A DNA stretch of 33,348 nt from a virus (IMGVR_UViG_3300033565_000069:1-33348); one strand, 5' to 3'. Positions 1 to 8,610 are shown, counted from the first letter of the stretch. The notes: a model not told the origin generated them from the letters alone. Made by a program: numbers and translations.

Positions 1-80
1 TGCGGCATAACTTGTTTAACAATATCCTCATGAATGACTGTACAATCACACCTATCATTGACGTGGATTATTTCTTTCAT
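1..80 (-). CDS. 5' part of an ArsR/SmtB (CadC-like) metal-sensing repressor, truncated by the window edge
   Basis: Translates MKEIIHVNDRCDCTVIHEDIVKQVMP..., resembling the CxCxxIHEDIV N-terminus of Firmicutes CadC/SmtB proteins. GGGAG RBS, consensus promoter and operator upstream. Confidence 0.6.
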   Translation of the reverse strand, partial: MKEIIHVNDRCDCTVIHEDIVKQVMP

Positions 81-106
81 ATGTCTCCCGTTCTCACTTG
101 AATATA

Positions 107-120
107 TGAACATCCTTTCA
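107..120. promoter_or_regulatory. ArsR/SmtB-type operator core
   Basis: TGAA-CATCCT-TTCA (TGAA-N6-TTCA) between promoter and start codon, inside a wider CACTTGAA...TTCAAGTG inverted repeat (95-124). Confidence 0.55.
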
Positions 121-132
121 AGTGTTGTCGTT

Positions 133-162
133 ATTATATAGCATTCCTATTTAAATTGTCAA
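133..162 (-). promoter_or_regulatory. Sigma70/SigA promoter of the ArsR gene
   Basis: TTGACA(162-157)-18 nt-TATAAT(138-133) on the minus strand. Confidence 0.7.
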
Positions 163-182
163 TAAACTCAATCGTCTAGACC

Positions 183-210
183 CGTAATATAACCCTAAGG
201 TAATATTACG
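183..210. repeat. 28-bp near-perfect inverted repeat (12-4-12)
   Basis: CGTAATATAACC-CTAA-GGTAATATTACG, 11/12 positions complementary. Confidence 0.85.
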
Positions 211-358
211 TACCGGAAAAGTATGTTAAAGCCTTTTAAAAGGGTGTATTAGTCTATAAAAAAGGGATCGATAGTTTACTGGAAAATCGACCCCTGTTTT
301 TGATCAAGGTTTTGAAATAATTCTAGGTATAAATTAGTGAGACTGATTGACTACACCA

Positions 359-796
359 TTAATCTGCTGGTAATAGTTTTATTTCAACTGTCGTTTTGGG
401 AATATACATATCATCAATTATCTTTATTTTTTCTGCATTTTCGGCATTTTCCATAAACCATCGATCTCCAACTCTGAATCCATCTTTATCATAAAAAACA
501 AAATAGAATGCTAAGTAATCACATTCTTTGTTTTCCGAATATGCTTCGAGTTGATAGTTGATCAAAATTAAATCACTTGAGTTACTCGAATTATAGTTTG
601 TGATTTCAAAGTTTTGAATAGTAATGGTACCATAGTATGATTCTTCTGACTTAATCTCAGCCGGAAATTGAGTTACTTTAATCGATGAAATCAATTCAGG
701 TCTATCCCTCGGCAAGTCTATCTCCTCAATAATTTCATCAGCAAAACTACACCCTACCAGAAAAAAGCACATTATTGCGATAACTAGTTTTTTCAT
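359..796 (-). CDS. Lipoprotein, moron-like, function unknown
   Basis: MKKLVIAIMCFFLVGC signal peptide with LVGC lipobox; ATG at 796 preferred over TTG at 811; AT-rich. Confidence 0.7.
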   Translation of the reverse strand: MKKLVIAIMCFFLVGCSFADEIIEEIDLPRDRPELISSIKVTQFPAEIKSEESYYGTITIQNFEITNYNSSNSSDLILINYQLEAYSENKECDYLAFYFVFYDKDGFRVGDRWFMENAENAEKIKIIDDMYIPKTTVEIKLLPAD

Positions 797-903
797 AAGT
801 TTCCCACTCAACTTTTCAGTTCCCCTTTTTTTCAGTTTATCACACTTTCATAAAGACATAATAATTATTGTGATTCATTTTGAAAACCTTGTCTAATAAA
901 AAC

Positions 904-951
904 AATAAAGAGGACATGCACTCTAATTTGGGGGAAGGGTTGCATGTCCTC
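904..951 (-). terminator. Probable intrinsic terminator ending the early/replication operon
   Basis: GAGGACATGCA(910-920)/TGCATGTCCTC(941-951) 11-bp stem followed by a T-rich tract on the minus strand; the loop is long (20 nt). Confidence 0.55.
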
Positions 952-994
952 AGGAACATTATATCGTTTTTTGCTGGTTTGAATAGAGGGTTGT

Positions 995-2314
995 TTACTC
1001 TTGATTTAGCTGTACGGATTTTGAACCAGTCAAGTCCTCCCATCGTTGAATGATCACATCCACATATCTTGGGTCAAGTTCCATGCAGTAACAAGTCCTG
1101 TCCAGTTGATCCGCCGCTATCAGTGTAGAACCGCTTCCTCCGAAGGGTTCGTAGACGAGTTGATCTCTTAAGCTACTGTTCTTTATCAAGCGTCCTATGA
1201 GCGGTACAGGCTTCATGGTGGGATGAATGTCGCTCTTCAATGGTTTATTTTCGTAGAGGATGGTCGTCTGAGTTTGATCCAGGAATTTGGAGAGAAGTTC
1301 GATGAGTTCCTCTTTCTTGAGTTTCTCGATGTTTTGGGTTTCATCAAAAATCGTTGACTGAGTTCGGTCATCCACGAAGAAGTGACCAGTTCCCTCTTTC
1401 CATCCATACAGGATCGGTTCATGACGCCAATGGTAGTCGTGTCGGCTGAGGTTGAAGGAGTTCTTAACCCAGATGAGGTTCTCGGAGAACTTGAACCCAG
1501 CGGTCCGGAATGCTGACTGGAAACTGATCCGTTCGACGTCGCTGTGGAATACATAGATCACACCACCGGGTTTGAGATGCTCATAAGCTAAGATATACAT
1601 CGCGAGAAGGAAATCATAGAACTTGTCGCTGTCCATATGGTCGTTCATGATCTCGTTGTTTTTGCGATGCTCATTCTTGAAGCTCTTGTGGTAGTCAATC
1701 TTGTTCTCGTAGTTAACGTTGTAAGGAGGATCCGTGACGATCAGGTCCGCTTGTTTTCCATGCATCAGGAAGAACACGTCATTGGCGTCCGTAGAATCGC
1801 CGCACATGAGCCGATGACGGCCGAGTTGGTAGATATCCCCCCGCTTGGCTTTCGGTTGCTCAATCGCTTCTAACGCTGCCTCAACATCAAAGTCATCTTC
1901 TTGTGCTGAAGTCGTATCCATCTTGGCCAGGAGCTCTTTGAATTCCTCATCATCAAATCCAGTGACACCCAAGTCGATCTGGTGCTCGAGTTCAAGTAAG
2001 AGGTCTTTCAACTTGTCCATCTGCCATTCGCCACTGATCTTGTTGAGAGCGATGTTCAGAGCTTTCTCTTTAGTCTTGTCGACATCCACCAAAACCACAT
2101 TCACTTCATCATACCCAAGATCCTTTAGAACGGTAGCACGTTGGTGGCCACCAATTATGGTCCGATCGGAGTTGATGATGATCGGATCGACATATCCAAA
2201 CTCTTGGATACTTCTCTTGATCTTCTCATATTCTGCATCCCCGGCTTTGAGTTCCTTTCGGGGATTGTAGTTGGCATACTTTAATTCACTTAACTTCAAG
2301 GTTTCAAATTGCAT
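995..2314 (-). CDS. ParB-like N-terminal domain fused to an N6-adenine/N4-cytosine DNA methyltransferase
   Basis: YNPR...GGHQR ParB-like motifs; VTDPPY (motif IV) precedes HPTMKP and EPFGGSGST (motif I), i.e. beta-class order. Confidence 0.9.
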   Translation of the reverse strand: MQFETLKLSELKYANYNPRKELKAGDAEYEKIKRSIQEFGYVDPIIINSDRTIIGGHQRATVLKDLGYDEVNVVLVDVDKTKEKALNIALNKISGEWQMDKLKDLLLELEHQIDLGVTGFDDEEFKELLAKMDTTSAQEDDFDVEAALEAIEQPKAKRGDIYQLGRHRLMCGDSTDANDVFFLMHGKQADLIVTDPPYNVNYENKIDYHKSFKNEHRKNNEIMNDHMDSDKFYDFLLAMYILAYEHLKPGGVIYVFHSDVERISFQSAFRTAGFKFSENLIWVKNSFNLSRHDYHWRHEPILYGWKEGTGHFFVDDRTQSTIFDETQNIEKLKKEELIELLSKFLDQTQTTILYENKPLKSDIHPTMKPVPLIGRLIKNSSLRDQLVYEPFGGSGSTLIAADQLDRTCYCMELDPRYVDVIIQRWEDLTGSKSVQLNQE

Positions 2315-2325
2315 TGTCCCTCTTT

Positions 2326-2619
2326 CTAAAACGGCTTGATAAGCCGCTGGTAGGCTGCCTGTAAGGTAATCTCATTGACCAGACGATTGCGCCAGACATA
2401 GTAGGTCGTCTTTTCGACATTGAGTCTCTCGAAGATTTGCTGCTCGGGGAGTCGCATTTCATACTTTAAGTGGATTAACTTCCCCATTTCAGTGCCTTCA
2501 TACTTGACGATGGTCTTTTCGATGATGGCAGACCATTGTTGTTCGATCGGATCTTTACTTGCTAGAAGTTCTCTTCGGTCATAGAGATAGACTTCGATAT
2601 TCTCTCGATATTTATTCAT
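2326..2619 (-). CDS. ArpU/RinA-like late transcriptional activator (tentative)
   Basis: C-terminal sigma-4-like HTH pattern (LIHLKY...IFERLNVEKTTYYVWRNR); position at the end of the early operon. Confidence 0.55.
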   Translation of the reverse strand: MNKYRENIEVYLYDRRELLASKDPIEQQWSAIIEKTIVKYEGTEMGKLIHLKYEMRLPEQQIFERLNVEKTTYYVWRNRLVNEITLQAAYQRLIKPF

Positions 2620-3424
2620 TCGCTTGTTTCCTTTCTCGCAGTCGCATATTCATTTTGGGATTCTTGTTGAGCTCGAGAATATAACTTCCAGACCTCTGAA
2701 AGATCCGGGAACCGATGGCTTCATCGATTCCCAGGATTTCCTTCAGGATCTTCTCTGAACTCAGGATGGTTATCAATTCCGGATTGTTGTAGCGGGCATT
2801 CAAGATTTCGAAGGCGATGTTGATGTCGGAGGTCGTGGGCTGCTTTCCTCGTTCCGATTTGAATAGATCATCGATGTACAATACCTTCTTGGTCTTGAAG
2901 GCGTGGATCGTCTGAGCGTATTCGCTCCCTTCCATGACATTGGCTTTGAGCCTCATGATCTCATCACGCCATAGCATGTACAGTGCTTCATGGCCTTGCT
3001 GCATAAGCTCATTGACGATCGCAGTGCAGATATGGGTTTTCCCAGCTCCGACTTGGCCTCCGATAAAGAACCAGTGGGAATCTGTATCTTGGACAAAGGC
3101 TAATGCTTTCTCCTTGATGACCCTTTGCCATGTCTCTTGGGCAATGAACTTCTCGAAGGTGTATTCCTGGATGAGCTGCTTGAGTCCACTTTTCTCAATG
3201 AGTTTCTTACTATTACGAGTCTCTAGACATTCGCATTTCTTGAGGGCGGTGTATTCCTCATCCAGGATCATGACATAACCCTTGTTTTTACAGATGGGAC
3301 AATCGTTTCCTTGAAGAGTTCCGACTTCATCGTTATAACGTTGGACTTTCGTTTGTAGGGATTGTTGTGAGTGATTGGTTGGATAAGTGTCTAGTGTGTC
3401 AGCCAAGTGTTTCGTGAAGATCAC
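2612..3424 (-). CDS. DnaC/IstB-like AAA+ helicase loader
   Basis: Zn motif CPICKNKG...KKCEC, Walker A GQVGAGKT, Walker B LYIDDLF; follows the replication initiator. Confidence 0.85.
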   Translation of the reverse strand: MIFTKHLADTLDTYPTNHSQQSLQTKVQRYNDEVGTLQGNDCPICKNKGYVMILDEEYTALKKCECLETRNSKKLIEKSGLKQLIQEYTFEKFIAQETWQRVIKEKALAFVQDTDSHWFFIGGQVGAGKTHICTAIVNELMQQGHEALYMLWRDEIMRLKANVMEGSEYAQTIHAFKTKKVLYIDDLFKSERGKQPTTSDINIAFEILNARYNNPELITILSSEKILKEILGIDEAIGSRIFQRSGSYILELNKNPKMNMRLRERKQANE

Positions 3425-3534
3425 CTCGACAATTCTCGCGCGCGAATTTACTGTTAACCTCTTTGTTTAATCTTTGTATTTTCTTTCTTCTCTTCTTTTC
3501 TTTTTCTACTTCTAAATCTACTTCTAAAGCTACT

Positions 3535-3978
3535 CTACTCTGTAGCTTGACATTTTGGACTTGTCTTTGACAAGTTTCGAAGGGTTATGCTTTCCTTTTG
3601 ACGAGCGCGTTGCTCACGTTTTTTCAACTTGTTATATTCACGAACATCCGCCATCTTTCCAATGTTCTGGTACTTCTCCCAATTCTTGATTGCCCAAACA
3701 TTTTCCTCAATCACGATCATTTCCCTTTTTTCAAAAAGAGCGATTGTGTCTCTGATGAAGTCTTCAGACAAGCGCATCTCTTCAGCAAGCAATTCGATCG
3801 AATACGGTTCTTTGGAGGAAAAGAAGAGAAGTCCATTGTCATTCGTGTTTCCTGCAATGCACAACAAGTTGATCCATACCGCGACTCTGACGTAACCACT
3901 CTCTGACTGCACAATTTTTCTGATTTTGCGATTTTGGTAAAACTCGGAATCGAGTTTGATCCAGAAGATGTCTTTCAT
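3535..3978 (-). CDS. Phage replisome organizer/initiator (N-terminal domain; possibly frameshifted)
   Basis: WIKL...KIRKI...W.NLLCIAG.TNDNG...KNWEKYQN pattern typical of the phage replisome organizer N-terminal family. Confidence 0.75.
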   Translation of the reverse strand: MKDIFWIKLDSEFYQNRKIRKIVQSESGYVRVAVWINLLCIAGNTNDNGLLFFSSKEPYSIELLAEEMRLSEDFIRDTIALFEKREMIVIEENVWAIKNWEKYQNIGKMADVREYNKLKKREQRARQKESITLRNLSKTSPKCQATE

Positions 3979-3998
3979 GATGTTGTCCCCTCTTCTCG

Positions 3999-4838
3999 CT
4001 ATTTATAGCGAGGCTTCATATTTTCGAGTTTTTTTCTCTTTTCGTCCAAGGAGGATCGAGTATAAATCCGGGTTGTCTCTAGCGAGCTATGACCCAATAT
4101 GTCGGCCAGGTCCAGGACGTTGTTGTATTGCTCCATAAACTCTTTGGCGAACAGATGTCGGAAGCTGTGCGGATGGACTTTCTCCAGTGCCACCTTTGCT
4201 TCGCTGGCTGTATTCTTCATCTGCCGCCAAATCGTCGGGATGCTTAAGGTAAAGATCTTTCCATCATTTATCTTCTGATCTCTACAGTATTTTCGTAATT
4301 CACGTGCGAGCTCCTGGGTGAGGATGATCTCGCGTTCTTTGCCTTTGTTGAAAGCTTTGAAGTGGTGTTTCTGGATATTCTCAACGGTGAAGTACTCCAA
4401 CTCGCTGATGCGTATCCCGGTAGTACTAATGATCTTCATAATCAAGTAGATGTCATCTCGTTTGCGCTTCTTGGCGTACCGGAGTAATCGTTTCGCATCC
4501 GAGCTGCTGACAACGTCCGAAATACTGGACTTTTGCTGCGTCTTGATTTCCTTTACGGATAGTCCGGGGACTTGTGCCCAGCGGTGGAAACGATTGAGGA
4601 TGACGAGATAAGTGTTAATGCTATTTGATTTGTATTCCCCCGAACAGAGCTTTTCCTTATAGGCAAGCACGTGTTCTTTTGTGATTTCCTCGTTATCAGG
4701 GATGAAGTTGATGAATTTCTGGACATCACAAACATACTTTGTAATGGTCCGTTGACTCTTCTCAGATAACCGCAACTCACGGGCGAATAGGGGTAAACAC
4801 TTCTGATACTCAGCTTTCTTCATCCAGGATCCCTTCAA
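3999..4838 (-). CDS. Second tyrosine recombinase (Xer-like, no arm domain)
   Basis: TGIRISE (R), KGKER (K), HPHSFRH, LGH, TTRIY (Y); SAM-like N-terminal core-binding domain. Confidence 0.9.
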   Translation of the reverse strand: MKGSWMKKAEYQKCLPLFARELRLSEKSQRTITKYVCDVQKFINFIPDNEEITKEHVLAYKEKLCSGEYKSNSINTYLVILNRFHRWAQVPGLSVKEIKTQQKSSISDVVSSSDAKRLLRYAKKRKRDDIYLIMKIISTTGIRISELEYFTVENIQKHHFKAFNKGKEREIILTQELARELRKYCRDQKINDGKIFTLSIPTIWRQMKNTASEAKVALEKVHPHSFRHLFAKEFMEQYNNVLDLADILGHSSLETTRIYTRSSLDEKRKKLENMKPRYK

Positions 4839-5136
4839 GTCGTCCCAGCATCCGCAGCAGTTTCAAGTCCTCCACATAGCGTTTCATGGGCAGCATGGTA
4901 TTGAAGTATTGCGTTTTGAAATGGCGTGCCTGGGCTTTCGCATAGCTCTCGATCTCACTTCGATGAGCATGATCGATTCGAACATAAACGCCTTTACCAA
5001 GGTTTGAAGGTATAAACAGAATTCCTTCCTTCCTGAGCTGACTCAAGATCGAACGCACAACTCGTTCTTGAGGATAGTCCGCGGTGTCGACAAGTAGTTT
5101 TTTTCTGATTTCATCTTTCAAGAGACGGGTGTCCAA
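4810..5136 (-). CDS. Hypothetical early phage protein
   Basis: 108-aa ORF overlapping both neighbours in the early operon. Confidence 0.6.
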   Translation of the reverse strand: MDTRLLKDEIRKKLLVDTADYPQERVVRSILSQLRKEGILFIPSNLGKGVYVRIDHAHRSEIESYAKAQARHFKTQYFNTMLPMKRYVEDLKLLRMLGRLEGILDEES

Positions 5137-5390
5137 TTTTCTACCCCTTCGACCTTCGGTTCTTCAAGGATCTCTAGACTCTCTTTATATTGCTTGAGGG
5201 CAAAGTTATAATTGATACCTAATACTTTGAATACGAGTTGACTGGGGACTTTCGTTGGCCGGATGTTCAAGGGATCGCTTTCCAGCTCTTTGCAGGCTCT
5301 AAACACCTTGGTTACTGCTCCCCATTCACTTCCACCCATCAATTCTCGAATATCGGACTTCGTTGCATACAGCTTAAACAAGATCTTCAT
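5118..5390 (-). CDS. Hypothetical early protein (possible excisionase by position only)
   Basis: 90 aa, GGAGAG RBS, directly after Cro. Confidence 0.55.
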   Translation of the reverse strand: MKILFKLYATKSDIRELMGGSEWGAVTKVFRACKELESDPLNIRPTKVPSQLVFKVLGINYNFALKQYKESLEILEEPKVEGVENWTPVS

Positions 5391-5437
5391 TCGCTACTCT
5401 CCTTCCTCACACCGATAAAACTTCACAAAGTGTGTTA

Positions 5438-5638
5438 TCAAGCCTCGTAGAAAAGATCTTCGATGCTTACGTCATAAAATTTCGCCAATCGCATCTTCAC
5501 ATCATCCCTGGGTAATCGAATTCCGGCTTCATAAGACTCCAATTGTCGGAACGTAATCTTGGCACCAACCGCCACTTCCTCCCGGGTCCGTGACCCTCGC
5601 AACTTCACTAACTTCTCGCCAATCTTCCTTCGATCCAT
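5438..5638 (-). CDS. Cro-like XRE HTH regulator
   Basis: IGEKLVKLRG...TREEVA...YEAGIRLP...LAKFYDVSIEDLF; GAGG RBS before the ATG at 5638; divergent from CI. Confidence 0.85.
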   Translation of the reverse strand: MDRRKIGEKLVKLRGSRTREEVAVGAKITFRQLESYEAGIRLPRDDVKMRLAKFYDVSIEDLFYEA

Positions 5639-5702
5639 CGTCATCCTCACTTTCTTCTCCCCGCTTGAGGGTTCGTGCATCTCCTTGGGGAGCGCAAAAC
5701 CA

Positions 5703-5731
5703 ATTCTAAAAGACTTCACCTGGATTGTCAA
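5703..5731 (-). promoter_or_regulatory. Lytic (Cro) promoter
   Basis: TTGACA(5731-5726)-17 nt-TAGAAT(5708-5703). Confidence 0.75.
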
Positions 5732-5750
5732 CGCATATTGCAAATTTCTC

Positions 5751-5780
5751 GTTGTGTGTTCACACAACGTGTGTTATACT
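5751..5780 (+). promoter_or_regulatory. CI promoter with overlapping palindromic operator
   Basis: Perfect palindrome GTTGTGTG-TT-CACACAAC (5751-5768) over the -35 position; extended -10 TGtTATACT (5772-5780). Confidence 0.6.
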
Positions 5781-5798
5781 GTCATAGAGGTGAGACCT

Positions 5799-6431
5799 AT
5801 GGCAACTTTTGGTGAACGTCTACGTCATCTACGACGCGTTTCGAAGATGACCCAGCGTGAATTGGCCCACGCGAATGGTTTAGGCGAGAGTACAGTTAGT
5901 ATGTATGAGCAAGGCAAACGCGAACCCGACTTCGAGATTCTGGAAAAGTTTGCTGAATACTTCAATGTGGATTTGAATTTTCTCTTGGGACGGATCGATA
6001 CGGCAGAGTTTAAACCGGTTGAGCGAAATCTCCCCAAGATACGGAATGTTCCCCTCTACGGTCACATCCCAGCTGGGATCCCCTTCGAGGCGATTCAGAA
6101 TGATCTGGGTGAAGTGGAAGTTCCAAGTTGGTTATTTGACAAGGAAGATCTATTCGGGTTGGTTGTTGTCGGGGACAGTATGAATCGTGTGATTCCGGAT
6201 GGATACATCGCGGTGTTACAAAAAACGGACAGCTTGGACAATGGAGACATTGGAGCATTCCTCATTAACGGTTCGGATGCTACACTGAAGAAGTTCTACA
6301 AGTTAACCGACTATGTGGTCCTAGAGCCGCTGAGCTTCAATCCGGATCACAGACCTTTAATGATCGGACGTGATGGTCCAGAGATAAACGTCATCGGAAA
6401 AATGCTGTGGTCTTGCGCAGCCAGGGGGTAA
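5799..6431 (+). CDS. CI-like repressor, XRE HTH + S24 (LexA-type) autopeptidase
   Basis: GAGGTG RBS before MATFGERL; HTH; Ala-Gly cleavage site (IPAG), catalytic Ser (GDSM) and Lys (TLKK). Confidence 0.92.
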   Translation: MATFGERLRHLRRVSKMTQRELAHANGLGESTVSMYEQGKREPDFEILEKFAEYFNVDLNFLLGRIDTAEFKPVERNLPKIRNVPLYGHIPAGIPFEAIQNDLGEVEVPSWLFDKEDLFGLVVVGDSMNRVIPDGYIAVLQKTDSLDNGDIGAFLINGSDATLKKFYKLTDYVVLEPLSFNPDHRPLMIGRDGPEINVIGKMLWSCAARG

Positions 6432-6432
6432 T

Positions 6433-7305
6433 ATGAAGAAAAGCCAAGCATCACAAAAAACATTGGAAGACATTTTCGTCTTAGTAGTTGCTTTCATAGG
6501 ATTTATTGTGGAATCACTAATTGTTATAAACTTACTTTTTTCAGGTTATATTTCATCTGGATTTATAATGATATTATTCTTCATTGGAGTCGATTTTGTT
6601 TTTTGGTTTATGTATGGAAAAATAACCATATACAAAACCATAGCATCAAGTGCAATTCTGCTACTTATTGTTGGGACTGGCGGTACATATTCAATTCTGT
6701 ATAACATCCGCACTTCATATGTTATTTCTGAGAATGCCAAGATTGGAACTATAAGTGACTGGATAGGATATTCTGGTTCAATAATTGGTGGTTCGATGAC
6801 AATGTTTGCATTAGTTTTTACGATACAAAATGAAGACTCAAAAAGAAGAAAAGACGAACAATTCAGAATTATGCCGATAATCGAATGTACAAAAATATCC
6901 AATCCAAATGATCTTACAATTGGCACACACATTAACCTAAAGTTCGAGAACCTTTCAGAATTTCCTATGAGAAGTTTAAGTATGGACCACAAGCGATCAT
7001 TCATAAGAAATGGTGAAAACAAGTCTTTGAAGTCAATAATGAAGTTCAGTCCAATTGACTTAATTGGTGGTAGAAAAACTAAAATCAGTGTATTGTTTTT
7101 TGATATAAGTGATAAATTGGAATCCCCTTATGAAGTTAATATTCATTTGGAATTATCATATTTTGATTTAAAAATGCTAAAGAAATACTACCTAACGCTA
7201 GATATTCAGACTGGTCTTGCACCACTTTCTGGTGATGGTAACTATATGCTCCAAAGTGATGAAGATAACATAATAGATTCAAGAATCATCTGGGATAGAG
7301 TATAG
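6433..7305 (+). CDS. Multi-pass membrane protein in the immunity operon
   Basis: About 4 N-terminal hydrophobic segments, DWIGYSGSIIGG motif, soluble C-terminal half; starts 1 nt after the CI stop; AT-rich. Confidence 0.75.
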   Translation: MKKSQASQKTLEDIFVLVVAFIGFIVESLIVINLLFSGYISSGFIMILFFIGVDFVFWFMYGKITIYKTIASSAILLLIVGTGGTYSILYNIRTSYVISENAKIGTISDWIGYSGSIIGGSMTMFALVFTIQNEDSKRRKDEQFRIMPIIECTKISNPNDLTIGTHINLKFENLSEFPMRSLSMDHKRSFIRNGENKSLKSIMKFSPIDLIGGRKTKISVLFFDISDKLESPYEVNIHLELSYFDLKMLKKYYLTLDIQTGLAPLSGDGNYMLQSDEDNIIDSRIIWDRV

Positions 7306-7308
7306 ACT

Positions 7309-7335
7309 AAAAACACTCCAGTTCGAGCTGGAGTG
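7309..7335. terminator. Hairpin upstream of the integrase
   Basis: CACTCCAG-TTCGAG-CTGGAGTG preceded by an A-run (U-tail on the minus strand). Confidence 0.5.
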
Positions 7336-7403
7336 CGGTACAACTAAACCTGGCTGGCTTTTGTTGTACCTTCATTGTAACAAAAACATGGAGGAATGCA
7401 AAT

Positions 7404-8471
7404 GTGGCAGTTTATCAAGATGTCAAAAACAAGACATGGTATGTCAGTTTTCCTTATCGCGATGATTCCGGTAAGGTAAAAGTCAAAACTAAACGTGGTT
7501 TTCAGCTTAAACGTGAAGCACAAACCTTCGAAGATGATCTGAAAAAGAAACCAGAAATCCAGACAGAAACGTACGATACATTTGAGGATATGTTGCAGTA
7601 CTTCCTGGACAGTAAACGAGGAAATGCGAACGAAGAATCCATCCACGAGTATGATCGGATCGCACGTCTCTTCTTCGGTTCAATCCTCAAAAAGAAAATG
7701 TCGCGCATCAAGCCTCGCGACATGGTTGAAGTCAAATCTCAAATTGCTGCCACTGACTATTCCAAGCGATACAAGAATACTGGATTACAACTGCTCAAAT
7801 CAATATCGAAGTTCGCGAACGTTTACTACGATTATCCTGATCATGCAAAGACAATCACCAAAGTAAAAGAGTCCAGTCTGGACTCCAAAGAGATGCAGAT
7901 CTGGACCCCACAACAATTCGAACTCTTTCTGAATGCTGTCGATGGTTATGTATTTAAGGCATACTTCCTTCTTCTCTTCCGGACTGGATTACGTCGGAGT
8001 GAAGGCAAAGCTTTGTTGAAATCTGACATTCGAGATGGGATCTTAACAGTCGACAAAAGTATGAAGCATTTCACCCAAGGTATTCAGCCGCTAAAGACGC
8101 TCTCTAGTCGTCGAAAGATTGCATTGGACCCATTTACACTTGAAGCCTTGAATCCCCTTCTGGAGCTGCCTGGTGAGTTCCTGTTTGGAAACAATGAACC
8201 ACTAGGGATCAGTACAATCCAGAGAGCCTTTACCAAAGGAATCGAGACATGTAACGAACGATTACGGACTGAAGGAAAACCGGAAATCCCAGTGATCCGG
8301 ATCCATGATCTTCGCCATTCTCATGCATCTTATCTGATCGGACAAGGTGCTAACATTGTCGCGGTCTCCAAGAGACTTGGCCACTCCGATGTCAACATGA
8401 CCTTGAAAGTATATACTCACCTGCTAAAGGAATCTGAGTCAAAGGTACTCCAGATTCTTTCGCAGATATGA
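7404..8471 (+). CDS. int: Phage integrase (tyrosine recombinase with N-terminal arm-binding domain)
   Basis: WYVSFPYRD...KRGF.LKREA arm domain; TGLRRSE, LKT, IHDLRH, LGH, KVYTH catalytic motifs; GGAGG RBS. Confidence 0.95.
   Translation: MAVYQDVKNKTWYVSFPYRDDSGKVKVKTKRGFQLKREAQTFEDDLKKKPEIQTETYDTFEDMLQYFLDSKRGNANEESIHEYDRIARLFFGSILKKKMSRIKPRDMVEVKSQIAATDYSKRYKNTGLQLLKSISKFANVYYDYPDHAKTITKVKESSLDSKEMQIWTPQQFELFLNAVDGYVFKAYFLLLFRTGLRRSEGKALLKSDIRDGILTVDKSMKHFTQGIQPLKTLSSRRKIALDPFTLEALNPLLELPGEFLFGNNEPLGISTIQRAFTKGIETCNERLRTEGKPEIPVIRIHDLRHSHASYLIGQGANIVAVSKRLGHSDVNMTLKVYTHLLKESESKVLQILSQI
8414..8471 (+). repeat. Copy 1 of 58-bp direct repeat (int 3' end)
   Basis: Encodes THLLKESESKVLQILSQI*; 49/58 identical to 9549-9606. 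Confidence 0.9.
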
Positions 8472-8581
8472 TTCTATAACTGCATTTTTAATCTCATCTC
8501 GACTTTGTTCGCATATTTTCACTATAACTCGATATTCTTTTTTGCTCAGACACTATAAATACTGAACATAGTTTAGGTAGA

Positions 8582-8610
8582 TTGCATTATTATGTCAACT
8601 AGATTATCAT
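8582..8610 (+). promoter_or_regulatory. Candidate promoter of the inserted gene
   Basis: TTGCAT-17 nt-TATCAT. Confidence 0.45.

Noticed and set aside
259-300. Hairpin AAAAGGGATCGAT...ATCGACCCCTGTTTT as a terminator or ncRNA
   Set aside because: Imperfect stem with a long loop; plausible terminator for the lipoprotein gene but too weak to call.
5559-5798. Long N-terminal extensions of CI (from 5559) and Cro (from 5767)
   Set aside because: They overlap each other and the promoters; RBS-backed starts exist at 5799 and 5638.
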